20,380 nucleotides of DNA from a virus (lineage: Duplodnaviria; Heunggongvirae; Uroviricota; Caudoviricetes), in IMG/VR virus record IMGVR_UViG_3300020577_013140, positions 1-20,380 of that record; one strand, given 5' to 3'. The position numbers and the translations under genes were made by a program. How positions within the stretch are numbered: position 1 is the stretch's first letter; the number at the start of each line of letters is the position of its first letter. Positions 7,362-14,689 of this stretch are shown here, piece after piece. The notes under the pieces are model-generated. The model was not told the origin of the DNA, searched no databases, and was given only the letters and a program-made list of their open reading frames with translations.

Positions 7362-7766
7362 TTACCGGGACCACCCGCGGCCCGGCTGATAGTAATAGAC
7401 CGTGACGCAGTCCTTCCGCAGGAACCGCGCATGGTCGAGGGCATCCTGCACCAACTGAGCGTGGTGCGTTCCCCGGCCTGCTTCGACCAGGATATACACC
7501 CGGCTGCTGCCGGGGGCACAGGTCTCGGCCCACCCAAGGGAGGCCAAGTGCTTATCCAGCCATGGGGCCAGATCGTCGGCTTCACCAGGGATATGCTCCA
7601 CGTGGTGATTGGACCGGCGTGCCATGCCGGTGGGTCGAGGGCTGATGTTCATCAGCTGCCTCATGACCGAGCCTCCGTCGACAGCGCGTTCGCTGCCGAA
7701 GATGGAGGTGTCATCGTTCCCATGGGCGATCGCCAGGGTGTGATGGTGGATGGTGGAATCAAACAT
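7362..7766 (-). CDS. Hypothetical protein (134 aa)
   Basis: Flanked by a promoter motif (7812-7826), an AAAGG SD and a terminator, which favours this ORF over the overlapping alternatives. Confidence 0.65.
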   Translation of the reverse strand: MFDSTIHHHTLAIAHGNDDTSIFGSERAVDGGSVMRQLMNISPRPTGMARRSNHHVEHIPGEADDLAPWLDKHLASLGWAETCAPGSSRVYILVEAGRGTHHAQLVQDALDHARFLRKDCVTVYYYQPGRGWSR

Positions 7767-7811
7767 AATCCAGACCTTTCCGTAGAAAGTTCGATGGGCG
7801 TGATTGCGTCA

Positions 7812-7826
7812 TCAGGTTGTTATACC
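7812..7826 (-). promoter_or_regulatory. Promoter motif, copy 2 (GGTATAACAACCTGA)
   Basis: 14/15 identical to 7282-7296. Confidence 0.6.
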
Positions 7827-7929
7827 CTCCTTCCCGGGTTTTCACCACTACGGGCCCGACCCTCCCCCTCTCCTAGTTAATATATACTACAGCCATGTTC
7901 CCCTACTTCGTACCTGTGCCTGCCTAAGG

Positions 7930-8058
7930 GTGTTCCTTTTACCTTCACTCTCCTCTCCCCTACCCTTTCCCTTACCCTCTTCCAATCATTCAACAGCCAT
8001 ATCCCTTTATGTTTACGTTAGTTAGCCCTTTCCCCTCCTTTCTCCCTCCCTCTCTCAT
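7930..8058. other. Polypyrimidine(+)/polypurine(-) tract with G-quadruplex-type motifs at the strand switch
   Basis: Almost only C/T on the plus strand over long stretches. Minus strand 7977-7957 = GGGTAAGGGAAAGGGTAGGGG; 8050-8026 = GGGAGGGAGAAAGGAGGGGAAAGGG. Confidence 0.7.
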
Positions 8059-8086
8059 TTGACAACCCCCCATCCTGTGATACCTT
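8059..8086 (+). promoter_or_regulatory. sigma70-like promoter for the HUH gene
   Basis: TTGACA (8059-8064), 16 nt, TGaTACCTT; predicted +1 about 8093, in-frame GTG at 8098. Confidence 0.7.
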
Positions 8087-8097
8087 GTCTCACTACT

Positions 8098-10341
8098 GTG
8101 GATCGCTTTAATCGTGACATCGTTGAGATCGCCCTCTCCTTGGAAGAAGGAGAAGTGGTTGATTTACACTCGTTTATGACTCGTGCCTTCCCCCACAGGA
8201 AGGTTTCGGATCGCTACAAGCACGGAAATTATCACACGAATGCCGAGGCTATCGTCCTGAGCTCCTGGTCCAATCGCAAGGCCTACATCATGTGTGGAGC
8301 CCCCGGATACGCTGGCGTGCCCTCCTGCTGCCATCAGACCCTCGTCTGTGAGGCCTGCTGCAAGAAGGCTGCAGCACGCATGTACGTCCGCTACCAACAC
8401 GCCTTTGAACAGGCACAGCACTGGTACTCGATCACCTACTCCTTCAAGACGAATATCTTCCTCGACACTGCCACCAAGGAAGAGTTCCTGAACCGCTACA
8501 AGGTGGCAGACGCGTTTATCCGCTCCCTGCGCTCCGCTGGCCTTATCCATGGGGCTGTCGCCGTACGTGAAATATCCATCAATTCCTTTCAGGGCAAGGC
8601 TGTATTCCCTCACACGCACGTCGTCGTCAACTCTGACCGCTCCGACCTTATCAATGAAGACGGTACCTATCACACCGCCATTGCAGAGGAGGCAGCCCGC
8701 ACAGGCGTCTCCATCAAGGTCACACGCATCACCGATTCCTCTGTATTCCTTACTCAGCTCAAATACCCCCTGAAGCCTATCAACATCAAGTCCCTCTACG
8801 AACAGGAGGCAGTCAACTATGATTACAATGAAATAAACCTGGGCTTGGATACTGTCCTGTGCCGCCTCACCGAATACGGCAAGGGTACCCCACGTATTGT
8901 TTATTATGGCAACATGGATGCTCGCTGCAAGGATTACATGGGAGAGGACATGAACCAGCAGAAGAGGGCAAAGCGCGCCCTGGCTCGGGCACAGGTCGCT
9001 CCTCAACAAACTAAAGAATTGAATTCTGCCTCTGCCCCCACTAAAATGGTCACAGTGCAGCTAGACCCTGCAACTACGACTATTATGCCCTATGCTCCTC
9101 AACCGGTGATGCCTCCCCAGACCCAGGCACCGCAGAAAAAGAAGAACTTCTGGGGGCCTCTCGCTCTCGGTGTGGGTGCCGGCATTGCAGGTCTCGGTGC
9201 ATACGACCAGTTCGCCAATCATGGGCGGGCTACCAGTGCGGTCCTGAATAGCCTCAAGAGATACTTCCCTTCCAGTGCACAATCGAGCGTAATGCCTCCT
9301 CCAGTCGCTCGTAACCCTGTTCCCCTTGGTCCTGCCCGCACCGAGGCCGCTGTCATCGCAGACATGACCGCAGGACGCGTAGGTGGTCACTTTAATGATG
9401 CTGGTCGTAATGCCTTGCCTGATTGGCTGCGTCTGCAACGTGATGTGGCCAAGGACACCACCTTCGCTGGTATTCCGGGACACGCTGTTTCCACTGGTCC
9501 TTCGCCTGTGGCTCGAGTTGCTTCTGACCCTCGCTTACCTCGTATATTTACTTCCCCTGAGGGTCAGGCGGCCTATCGTGCCTTGTCTTCACAGCAACCT
9601 GACACTGGAGCTGCCCTCGGTACGTCTGACCTTTTGTCGAATGTTATTCCCACTGGTGCGGCAGTCGCTGACATCGGCGTATTTGGTGTTAATGCTTCAG
9701 GAGGACTATCCGGGTTGCTGAGCAAGATTCTTCCCAAGGTAGGTATTACTTCTCCCAAGGTGCTTGGTCCGCTGTCTCGTATTTCCTCCTTTGCTTCCCG
9801 GCCTATATTCGGTGGTCCTAGTGCGGCCGGTTCCATTACGCGGGCCACCACGCCTATCCTTGGTGGTGCGATGGGTTATTCCGTTGGCTCCAACCCGCTG
9901 AACGTTGAAGCCTACATGGATGCCTTCAAGGATTTGCCTCCTGAACGTGCTGCCTTGGCTTCTCGTTTATTTGGCACGCTCGGCGGTTCAGCGATCGCCC
10001 GGCGCTCTCCTTTTCTTGGAAGTTCTCTTGTAGCAGGCGCAGCAGGACTCGTAGGGCGTGCTAGCTCGCAGATAGAAGACATGACCGGCTCTGTGGCTGA
10101 GCGTGGGGCCTTTGGTGATGTGCTGAACCGTTTGTATCGAGGTGCTCGTGCTGGTAACCCTGAGTACCGCATTGCGTTGGAAAATGCATTGAAATACGTC
10201 GACAGTAATCCACAGCTCGCCGGAGCCATTGCTGGTAAAGAACAACCCTGGTACCGCTCTTGGCCTGTTACGGAACAGATGGGTGACTCTCCGGCGCTTC
10301 AAAGTTTGATTAACAAATCCAGACAGGCTATCCTTGAGTGA
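8098..10341 (+). CDS. Rolling-circle Rep-type HUH endonuclease fused in frame to a Pro/Gly/Ala-rich probable virion protein
   Basis: Zn-knuckle C(8293)...CCHQTLVCEAC, motif I-like YSITYS (about 8425-8442), HUH PHTHVVV (8608-), motif III KYPLK (Tyr 8764). After about 9050 the sequence is low-complexity, with a hydrophobic GPLALGVGAGIAGLGAYD helix. No stop between the two parts. Confidence 0.75.
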   Translation: MDRFNRDIVEIALSLEEGEVVDLHSFMTRAFPHRKVSDRYKHGNYHTNAEAIVLSSWSNRKAYIMCGAPGYAGVPSCCHQTLVCEACCKKAAARMYVRYQHAFEQAQHWYSITYSFKTNIFLDTATKEEFLNRYKVADAFIRSLRSAGLIHGAVAVREISINSFQGKAVFPHTHVVVNSDRSDLINEDGTYHTAIAEEAARTGVSIKVTRITDSSVFLTQLKYPLKPINIKSLYEQEAVNYDYNEINLGLDTVLCRLTEYGKGTPRIVYYGNMDARCKDYMGEDMNQQKRAKRALARAQVAPQQTKELNSASAPTKMVTVQLDPATTTIMPYAPQPVMPPQTQAPQKKKNFWGPLALGVGAGIAGLGAYDQFANHGRATSAVLNSLKRYFPSSAQSSVMPPPVARNPVPLGPARTEAAVIADMTAGRVGGHFNDAGRNALPDWLRLQRDVAKDTTFAGIPGHAVSTGPSPVARVASDPRLPRIFTSPEGQAAYRALSSQQPDTGAALGTSDLLSNVIPTGAAVADIGVFGVNASGGLSGLLSKILPKVGITSPKVLGPLSRISSFASRPIFGGPSAAGSITRATTPILGGAMGYSVGSNPLNVEAYMDAFKDLPPERAALASRLFGTLGGSAIARRSPFLGSSLVAGAAGLVGRASSQIEDMTGSVAERGAFGDVLNRLYRGARAGNPEYRIALENALKYVDSNPQLAGAIAGKEQPWYRSWPVTEQMGDSPALQSLINKSRQAILE
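9019..9047 (+). promoter_or_regulatory. Internal near-consensus sigma70 promoter inside the HUH fusion ORF
   Basis: TTGAAT (9019-9024), 17 nt, TAAAAT (9042-9047); predicted +1 about 9054, with in-frame GTG 9055 and ATG 9085. Confidence 0.65.
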
Positions 10342-10342
10342 T

Positions 10343-11194
10343 ATGACGACAGATCCGTACACACAATTTAAGCAGGCCTTTCTTGACCAGGCGTTATTGA
10401 AAGGCTACGACGCTGACTTCCTTGAAGGGTTCTTCAAGCGGGCCGAGGACGAATACTCTCAATGGGAGACCTTGGTTGAGTTGACCTACAAGGGCGACAC
10501 TGCTCTTTGCAAGCAGGCCTACGCCGAGTTGGCTGCTTCCTTGGGTACTTATGGAGTAAGCGATAAGATGGCTGAAGCTTCCGGCATGGGGCCTGAGATC
10601 CTTGGGTTGCTCACCCGCCTTGGCGGCAGCACTGCTGGCATGTTTGGTCAATCAGGTGGGGCAGGACTTGGTGGTGCTCTGGTCGGGGGTGGAGGCGGTT
10701 TATTGATCGGGCTCATTCTCTCCCAGATGCTCGGTATCCCTCTTTCCACTGGTATGTTGCTCGGGGCCCTTGGTGGTGCTGGTCTCGGATATGGTGCCGC
10801 AGGTACCCCGGCAGGACAACACTCCATCTTTGGTTCCCCAGATGCTCCGCCGCCGAAGCTACCGAATGCCTCTCAACCTGCACCAGCACCGAATCATTCG
10901 GCTGCCAATGACGTTGCGGCCAATCAGGCGGCTTCAAACCAGGCTGTGGCTGGTGTGTCCCCCAAGCCCCAAGCTCCGTTGCCTGGGCCTGGTGGGCAAC
11001 CCGTCGCTCCTCCTGAGCAAATGGGGCCTCCACCAGCACCAGAAAAACTAGGCCCGCCGCCAGCTCCAACACCTGCTCCTGCTCCGAATGCCGGCGCCCC
11101 TCAGCCGCTCCGACCAGGCACACAATCTCCCGGTATTCCACCAATCGGTGCACCGGCTCTACCCACACCGCCAAAACCACCAGGAGCCAAGTAA
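10343..11194 (+). CDS. Glycine-zipper membrane-type protein with Pro-rich tail; probable virion protein
   Basis: ATG 1 nt after the upstream TGA; GGAGLGGALVGGGGGLLIGLIL..GMLLGALGGAGLGYG; four K-x-A motifs in the N-terminal 80 aa. Confidence 0.8.
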   Translation: MTTDPYTQFKQAFLDQALLKGYDADFLEGFFKRAEDEYSQWETLVELTYKGDTALCKQAYAELAASLGTYGVSDKMAEASGMGPEILGLLTRLGGSTAGMFGQSGGAGLGGALVGGGGGLLIGLILSQMLGIPLSTGMLLGALGGAGLGYGAAGTPAGQHSIFGSPDAPPPKLPNASQPAPAPNHSAANDVAANQAASNQAVAGVSPKPQAPLPGPGGQPVAPPEQMGPPPAPEKLGPPPAPTPAPAPNAGAPQPLRPGTQSPGIPPIGAPALPTPPKPPGAK

Positions 11195-11195
11195 T

Positions 11196-12074
11196 ATGAA
11201 CGATCTTTATATCGAGGAACTCATTGATGGGCTACAGGCCGCGTTATCCAAACGTGGCAACGATCTTTTCAGTAGCTCTCCAAACGGAGCCTCATTATTC
11301 CCTTCCATGACCTCACAGGCAAAGTGGAAATTCGCCAAAGGCGAGAACTTTCTACGATTGCACGACGGGCAGAAGGTCTACGCCTTTAAGCTGCCCACAG
11401 GCCTTTCTCACACTGAGGACTTTGCCGCTCATCGAGAAGCGGACCTGGACCCCAGTGTTTTTGCCGAAGGGGCCACACAGCAAGGACTGGCGCAAGTACA
11501 TCGAGCTGACCCAGGATCCATTTACTTTACCTTGCAGGAAGGACGGGATAACCCAACCTTCACGTTAAAGCACACCGGAGAAAGTAACTGGCGAGGTACT
11601 CCAAAGAAACGCAAGGCGAAGGAACTGGTGGTACCAAACATCGATCATGCTGCCATGGCCGAAGGGATCAAGGCGGCTTTCGACGGGAAGAAAGAACCTG
11701 TTAAAAAGGCTGACTTCGCCCCTTTTAGTTTCGCTGCAGGTCCCGGCGCCCATGCCCTGCAGCGTCTTGCTTTTTCCCCGGGCGAGTTAGTGCATCGACT
11801 AGGTGATGGTGGAAAAAACAATTTCCTTGGTGCCCTCGGTGCCGCCGGACTTGGTGCCGGCGCTGGTGCGGCTTACCATCTTGGAAAGCGTACCTTGTAC
11901 AACACAGAGGACGAGAACCAAATGGAAGATGAACAAGGGAGCAAACCACTACTGAGGCGCATGCTGACTCCTGCGCTTGCCGCTGGTGTAATCGGCGGAG
12001 CACAATCCTCGTTGTTTGACAACCAGTACAACTTGCTCGAGAGCGGAGCAGGGATGGGCACGAAAGTATTTTAA
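11196..12074 (+). CDS. Glycine-zipper protein; probable virion protein
   Basis: ATG 1 nt after TAA; ELIDGLQAALSKRG leader; FLGALGAAGLGAGAGAAYHLGKR and ALAAGVIGGA segments. Confidence 0.8.
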   Translation: MNDLYIEELIDGLQAALSKRGNDLFSSSPNGASLFPSMTSQAKWKFAKGENFLRLHDGQKVYAFKLPTGLSHTEDFAAHREADLDPSVFAEGATQQGLAQVHRADPGSIYFTLQEGRDNPTFTLKHTGESNWRGTPKKRKAKELVVPNIDHAAMAEGIKAAFDGKKEPVKKADFAPFSFAAGPGAHALQRLAFSPGELVHRLGDGGKNNFLGALGAAGLGAGAGAAYHLGKRTLYNTEDENQMEDEQGSKPLLRRMLTPALAAGVIGGAQSSLFDNQYNLLESGAGMGTKVF

Positions 12075-12457
12075 TGAGTACGACAATCCTCAGCAAATTG
12101 CGCTCATTGCGTGTCGGACGCCCTCAACAACCTGCTGAGGCGCCACCAGTGCCGTCCTTTGATGGCCCTGCCCTGCGTAGTGCGATCAACCGCGATAGTA
12201 GTCTCTCAAAGGCCGAGCAGTCTGAGTTACATGGCTGGCTGGATAATCCAGAGACAATCAAGGGGTTGCAAAGCGGGGGCATCGGTGCAGCTCTGAGCTA
12301 TATGGTCGCCAAGTTCCTCAAACTCAAGCCACAAACCCAACTTTTGTTATCGATTGCGGGCTTCGGAATTGGTAAGATCATCTACGACTACAAGACCAAC
12401 CCAAAGAAGTTTAGCTCCTATAACGAGCAGTTACGAATGTATGAAATCCACAACTGA
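12074..12457 (+). CDS. Small protein with two hydrophobic Gly-containing helices
   Basis: TAATG overlap; GGIGAALSYMVAKF and LLLSIAGFGIGKIIYDYK. Confidence 0.8.
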   Translation: MSTTILSKLRSLRVGRPQQPAEAPPVPSFDGPALRSAINRDSSLSKAEQSELHGWLDNPETIKGLQSGGIGAALSYMVAKFLKLKPQTQLLLSIAGFGIGKIIYDYKTNPKKFSSYNEQLRMYEIHN

Positions 12458-12836
12458 TTTGTTGCCGGCGGAAGCACTGGCCTCTCATCTCAAGTGCGCC
12501 CTGGCGCTAAACCTCGGCAAGGCCGGGCACAGCCTGTATGAGCTGGAAGAGGCGTTGGCCGCCAAAGACACTGAAAAGACCGCCAAGCTGCTGAAGGCTG
12601 CAGGCGACTCTCCGCTCTCGTCGTTGAAATCCCTGTTTGACGTAGCCAGCGGAGGGCTGATGATCGGCGCAGGCACCGCGGCAGCTGCTGGCGGCGTCGG
12701 TGCTGCCGGCCTCTACGGGGCTTACAAGGGGCTACAGGACTCTAAGAAAAGAATCGATGACGCAAACGCCGTTCGTCAACGTATGGATATTGCGCGTCGA
12801 GAGCTCGAAACAGAGCTGGCCGGGCACGCACGCTAA
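12441..12836 (+). CDS. Gly/Ala-zipper protein with C-terminal coiled coil
   Basis: Likely start ATG 12441; EKTAKLLKAAG, GLMIGAGTAAAAGGVGAAGLYGAYKG, then a heptad-like tail. Confidence 0.8.
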   Translation: MKSTTDLLPAEALASHLKCALALNLGKAGHSLYELEEALAAKDTEKTAKLLKAAGDSPLSSLKSLFDVASGGLMIGAGTAAAAGGVGAAGLYGAYKGLQDSKKRIDDANAVRQRMDIARRELETELAGHAR

Positions 12837-12841
12837 GAATT

Positions 12842-13186
12842 ATGAATCGCGAGGCATTTAGCGATCTTTCTGACTTGTCATCCAGGGACGTTCCACCGGA
12901 GCGTGATTTGGAGGCCGAGCTGTTTAATAGACGGTCCATCAAGGACATGGTCACCAACATGGAAAAAGAGTTGGGGCTGTCTCCTGGGAAAAAGGCAAAG
13001 GAAGTAAGACGCCACGTCGACATCCTTGCTCCCGGGCGAGAAGAGGACGGGCAAAAGCTTTCTCGTATCTTGAATGACGACAAGACGTACCGGATTATCA
13101 TGTGGAAAGACACCTGGACTGTACACGGTGACTTCCGCGTGTTTCTAATTTATGAAGAGTTTGTCGACGACAAAAAGGCAAAGTAA
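12842..13186 (+). CDS. Hypothetical protein (114 aa)
   Basis: Tightly spaced in the operon; charged, with a beta-rich C-terminus (YRIIMWKDTWTVHGDFRVFLIYEE). Confidence 0.8.
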   Translation: MNREAFSDLSDLSSRDVPPERDLEAELFNRRSIKDMVTNMEKELGLSPGKKAKEVRRHVDILAPGREEDGQKLSRILNDDKTYRIIMWKDTWTVHGDFRVFLIYEEFVDDKKAK

Positions 13187-14040
13187 TGAACACCAAACAA
13201 TCTAACTGGGCCGGCACTCTAGGTGCTTCGGCCGCCGTCGGCAGCGGAACCTTTGCCCTCGGCGCACTCATCCAAGAAGTCATGCGTCAGCGCGATGCTA
13301 ACGCCCAACGCAACCGGCAGCAACTGCCAGACAACGCTCTGGTAATTGACCTGCCGCGTAGAGCGGAGAAGAAAGCAGCCGACTTGTCTGCTCCTTTCCT
13401 CAAACAGGCAGACGGGATGCTCTCAACCGCCTTGGCACTGCTAGCTGGTGCGCCTGCCGGGTACCTCGGCACAAAGGCACTTTACGACGGAGTCAAAAAG
13501 AAGCAAACGGACCGCGAAATCGGTGACGCTAACTTGAAGTACATGCAGACGCTGCAAGCACTTCAACAAAAGACCGCCGCGCTTTCTTTGCCGTACGTTG
13601 AACAGTTTTGCAAGGCTGCGGCTGAGAACCTGGTCAAGGACGCCGGACTGGAAAAGGTATTGCCGTGGCTGGCTACGCAAGGAGCAAAAATCCCAGGTGC
13701 TGCGCGTACCGGTCAATGGGTGACCAGCCATGCTCCACAACTAAAGCGATCACTGCCTGCCCTCGCCGGCGGAACCGCTGCTGGTGTTGCCGCCGACGAC
13801 TTTGGTGCGTTCGACTGGCTTAAAAGCAACCCAGCCACCCCAGGACCTGGAACTTTTGGTGCGATTAAAGATGGCGCAAAAGACGCGTGGCTCACGATGG
13901 CTGTCCTTTCCGCCTTAGGTGGAGCTGGTGCCATGGTGCATGCCAACAACAAGAAGACCAACCGGGAAAACTCTGGCCCTCCTTCTGCTGTCGCGTTGAA
14001 CTACGAGGATATTCCTCCTGCCGCTGCGTTGCAGCACTAA
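13186..14040 (+). CDS. Multi-Gly/Ala-zipper protein; probable virion protein
   Basis: TAATG overlap; four hydrophobic Gly/Ala segments separated by K-x-A motifs (KKAA, KQAD, KTAA, KAAA, KDAG). Confidence 0.8.
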   Translation: MNTKQSNWAGTLGASAAVGSGTFALGALIQEVMRQRDANAQRNRQQLPDNALVIDLPRRAEKKAADLSAPFLKQADGMLSTALALLAGAPAGYLGTKALYDGVKKKQTDREIGDANLKYMQTLQALQQKTAALSLPYVEQFCKAAAENLVKDAGLEKVLPWLATQGAKIPGAARTGQWVTSHAPQLKRSLPALAGGTAAGVAADDFGAFDWLKSNPATPGPGTFGAIKDGAKDAWLTMAVLSALGGAGAMVHANNKKTNRENSGPPSAVALNYEDIPPAAALQH

Positions 14041-14044
14041 CTGT

Positions 14045-14677
14045 ATGGATCGTGACGCCTTTTACGCAGGTTACGCCGAGGCCCTTTCAAAGAATGCAGG
14101 CATGGTTAATTGGGCTCGGGAAACGTTTGGTCAACCGCTGGTCCAGGGACACATTGATGGTCACTACAGCGGGCTTGGCCGATACAATACCTCGACAGGC
14201 GGCGTTGATCCACATACTCGCAACGCCCTTCAAATGGTGATGGGTAATACCCCTGAGCCTGTGGGTGTAACCGGACACTCCTCCATTCCGTACATGGATA
14301 GCATGCGTAAAGCCATGTACCAGTTTGGCTCCAGCCGCTTTGGGAAAATGCTGGGTGACCGCATAGTTCCTCCGAGTACCGTCAACAACCGGCTTACCTC
14401 TGCGACTGGTGGGGTATTCTCAGCAGGCAATGACGGAGTACAGGTCGACCGATCTAAAATTCCTGGAGCGTTGTTTAACAAAGTCAAGGATTGGGCGAGC
14501 TCACATGGCAACTTGCTAAAAGGCCTAGGCTTCGGAGCTGCGGCTCTTGGGCTTGGCGCCATGGCTTTCAACGGGCGTCAAAGCAACCAGAGACAGGTCG
14601 CTGCACCAGCCGGGCAACAAGCGGCACCGTTCAACGGGCGCGAAGGAAATACCTTTACCAAATACCAGGAAGTCTAG
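14045..14677 (+). CDS. Gly-rich protein with AFYAGYAEALSKNAG leader and C-terminal hydrophobic helix
   Basis: MDRDAFYAGYAEALSKNAG...LLKGLGFGAAALGLGAMAFNGR. Confidence 0.8.
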   Translation: MDRDAFYAGYAEALSKNAGMVNWARETFGQPLVQGHIDGHYSGLGRYNTSTGGVDPHTRNALQMVMGNTPEPVGVTGHSSIPYMDSMRKAMYQFGSSRFGKMLGDRIVPPSTVNNRLTSATGGVFSAGNDGVQVDRSKIPGALFNKVKDWASSHGNLLKGLGFGAAALGLGAMAFNGRQSNQRQVAAPAGQQAAPFNGREGNTFTKYQEV

Positions 14678-14683
14678 TATAAC
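14654..14683 (+). promoter_or_regulatory. Possible promoter for the RpoB N-terminal fragment
   Basis: TTTACC (14654-14659), 18 nt, TATAAC (14678-14683), giving +1 = 14690, the A of ATG; an overlapping TAGTAT is an alternative -10. Confidence 0.45.
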
Positions 14684-14689
14684 GTCGTT

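Noticed and set aside
7334-7880. ORFs 7347-7880(+) and 7334-7585(-)
   Set aside because: They cross the terminator or promoter signals that cleanly bracket 7362-7766(-).
8059-8097. TTG start for the HUH ORF at 8059
   Set aside because: The TTG is the start of a TTGACA -35 box; the in-frame GTG at 8098 fits the predicted TSS.
8098-9000. HUH domain as an IS91/IS200-type insertion sequence
   Set aside because: No terminal inverted repeats, target duplication or flanking hairpin ends identified; it has its own phage-style promoter and is fused to a resident operon gene. A decayed mobile origin is not excluded.
10860-11190. Pro/Ala-rich repeats (GPPPAP twice) as a DNA repeat element
   Set aside because: Explained by the low-complexity protein tail; only two short copies, with synonymous differences.
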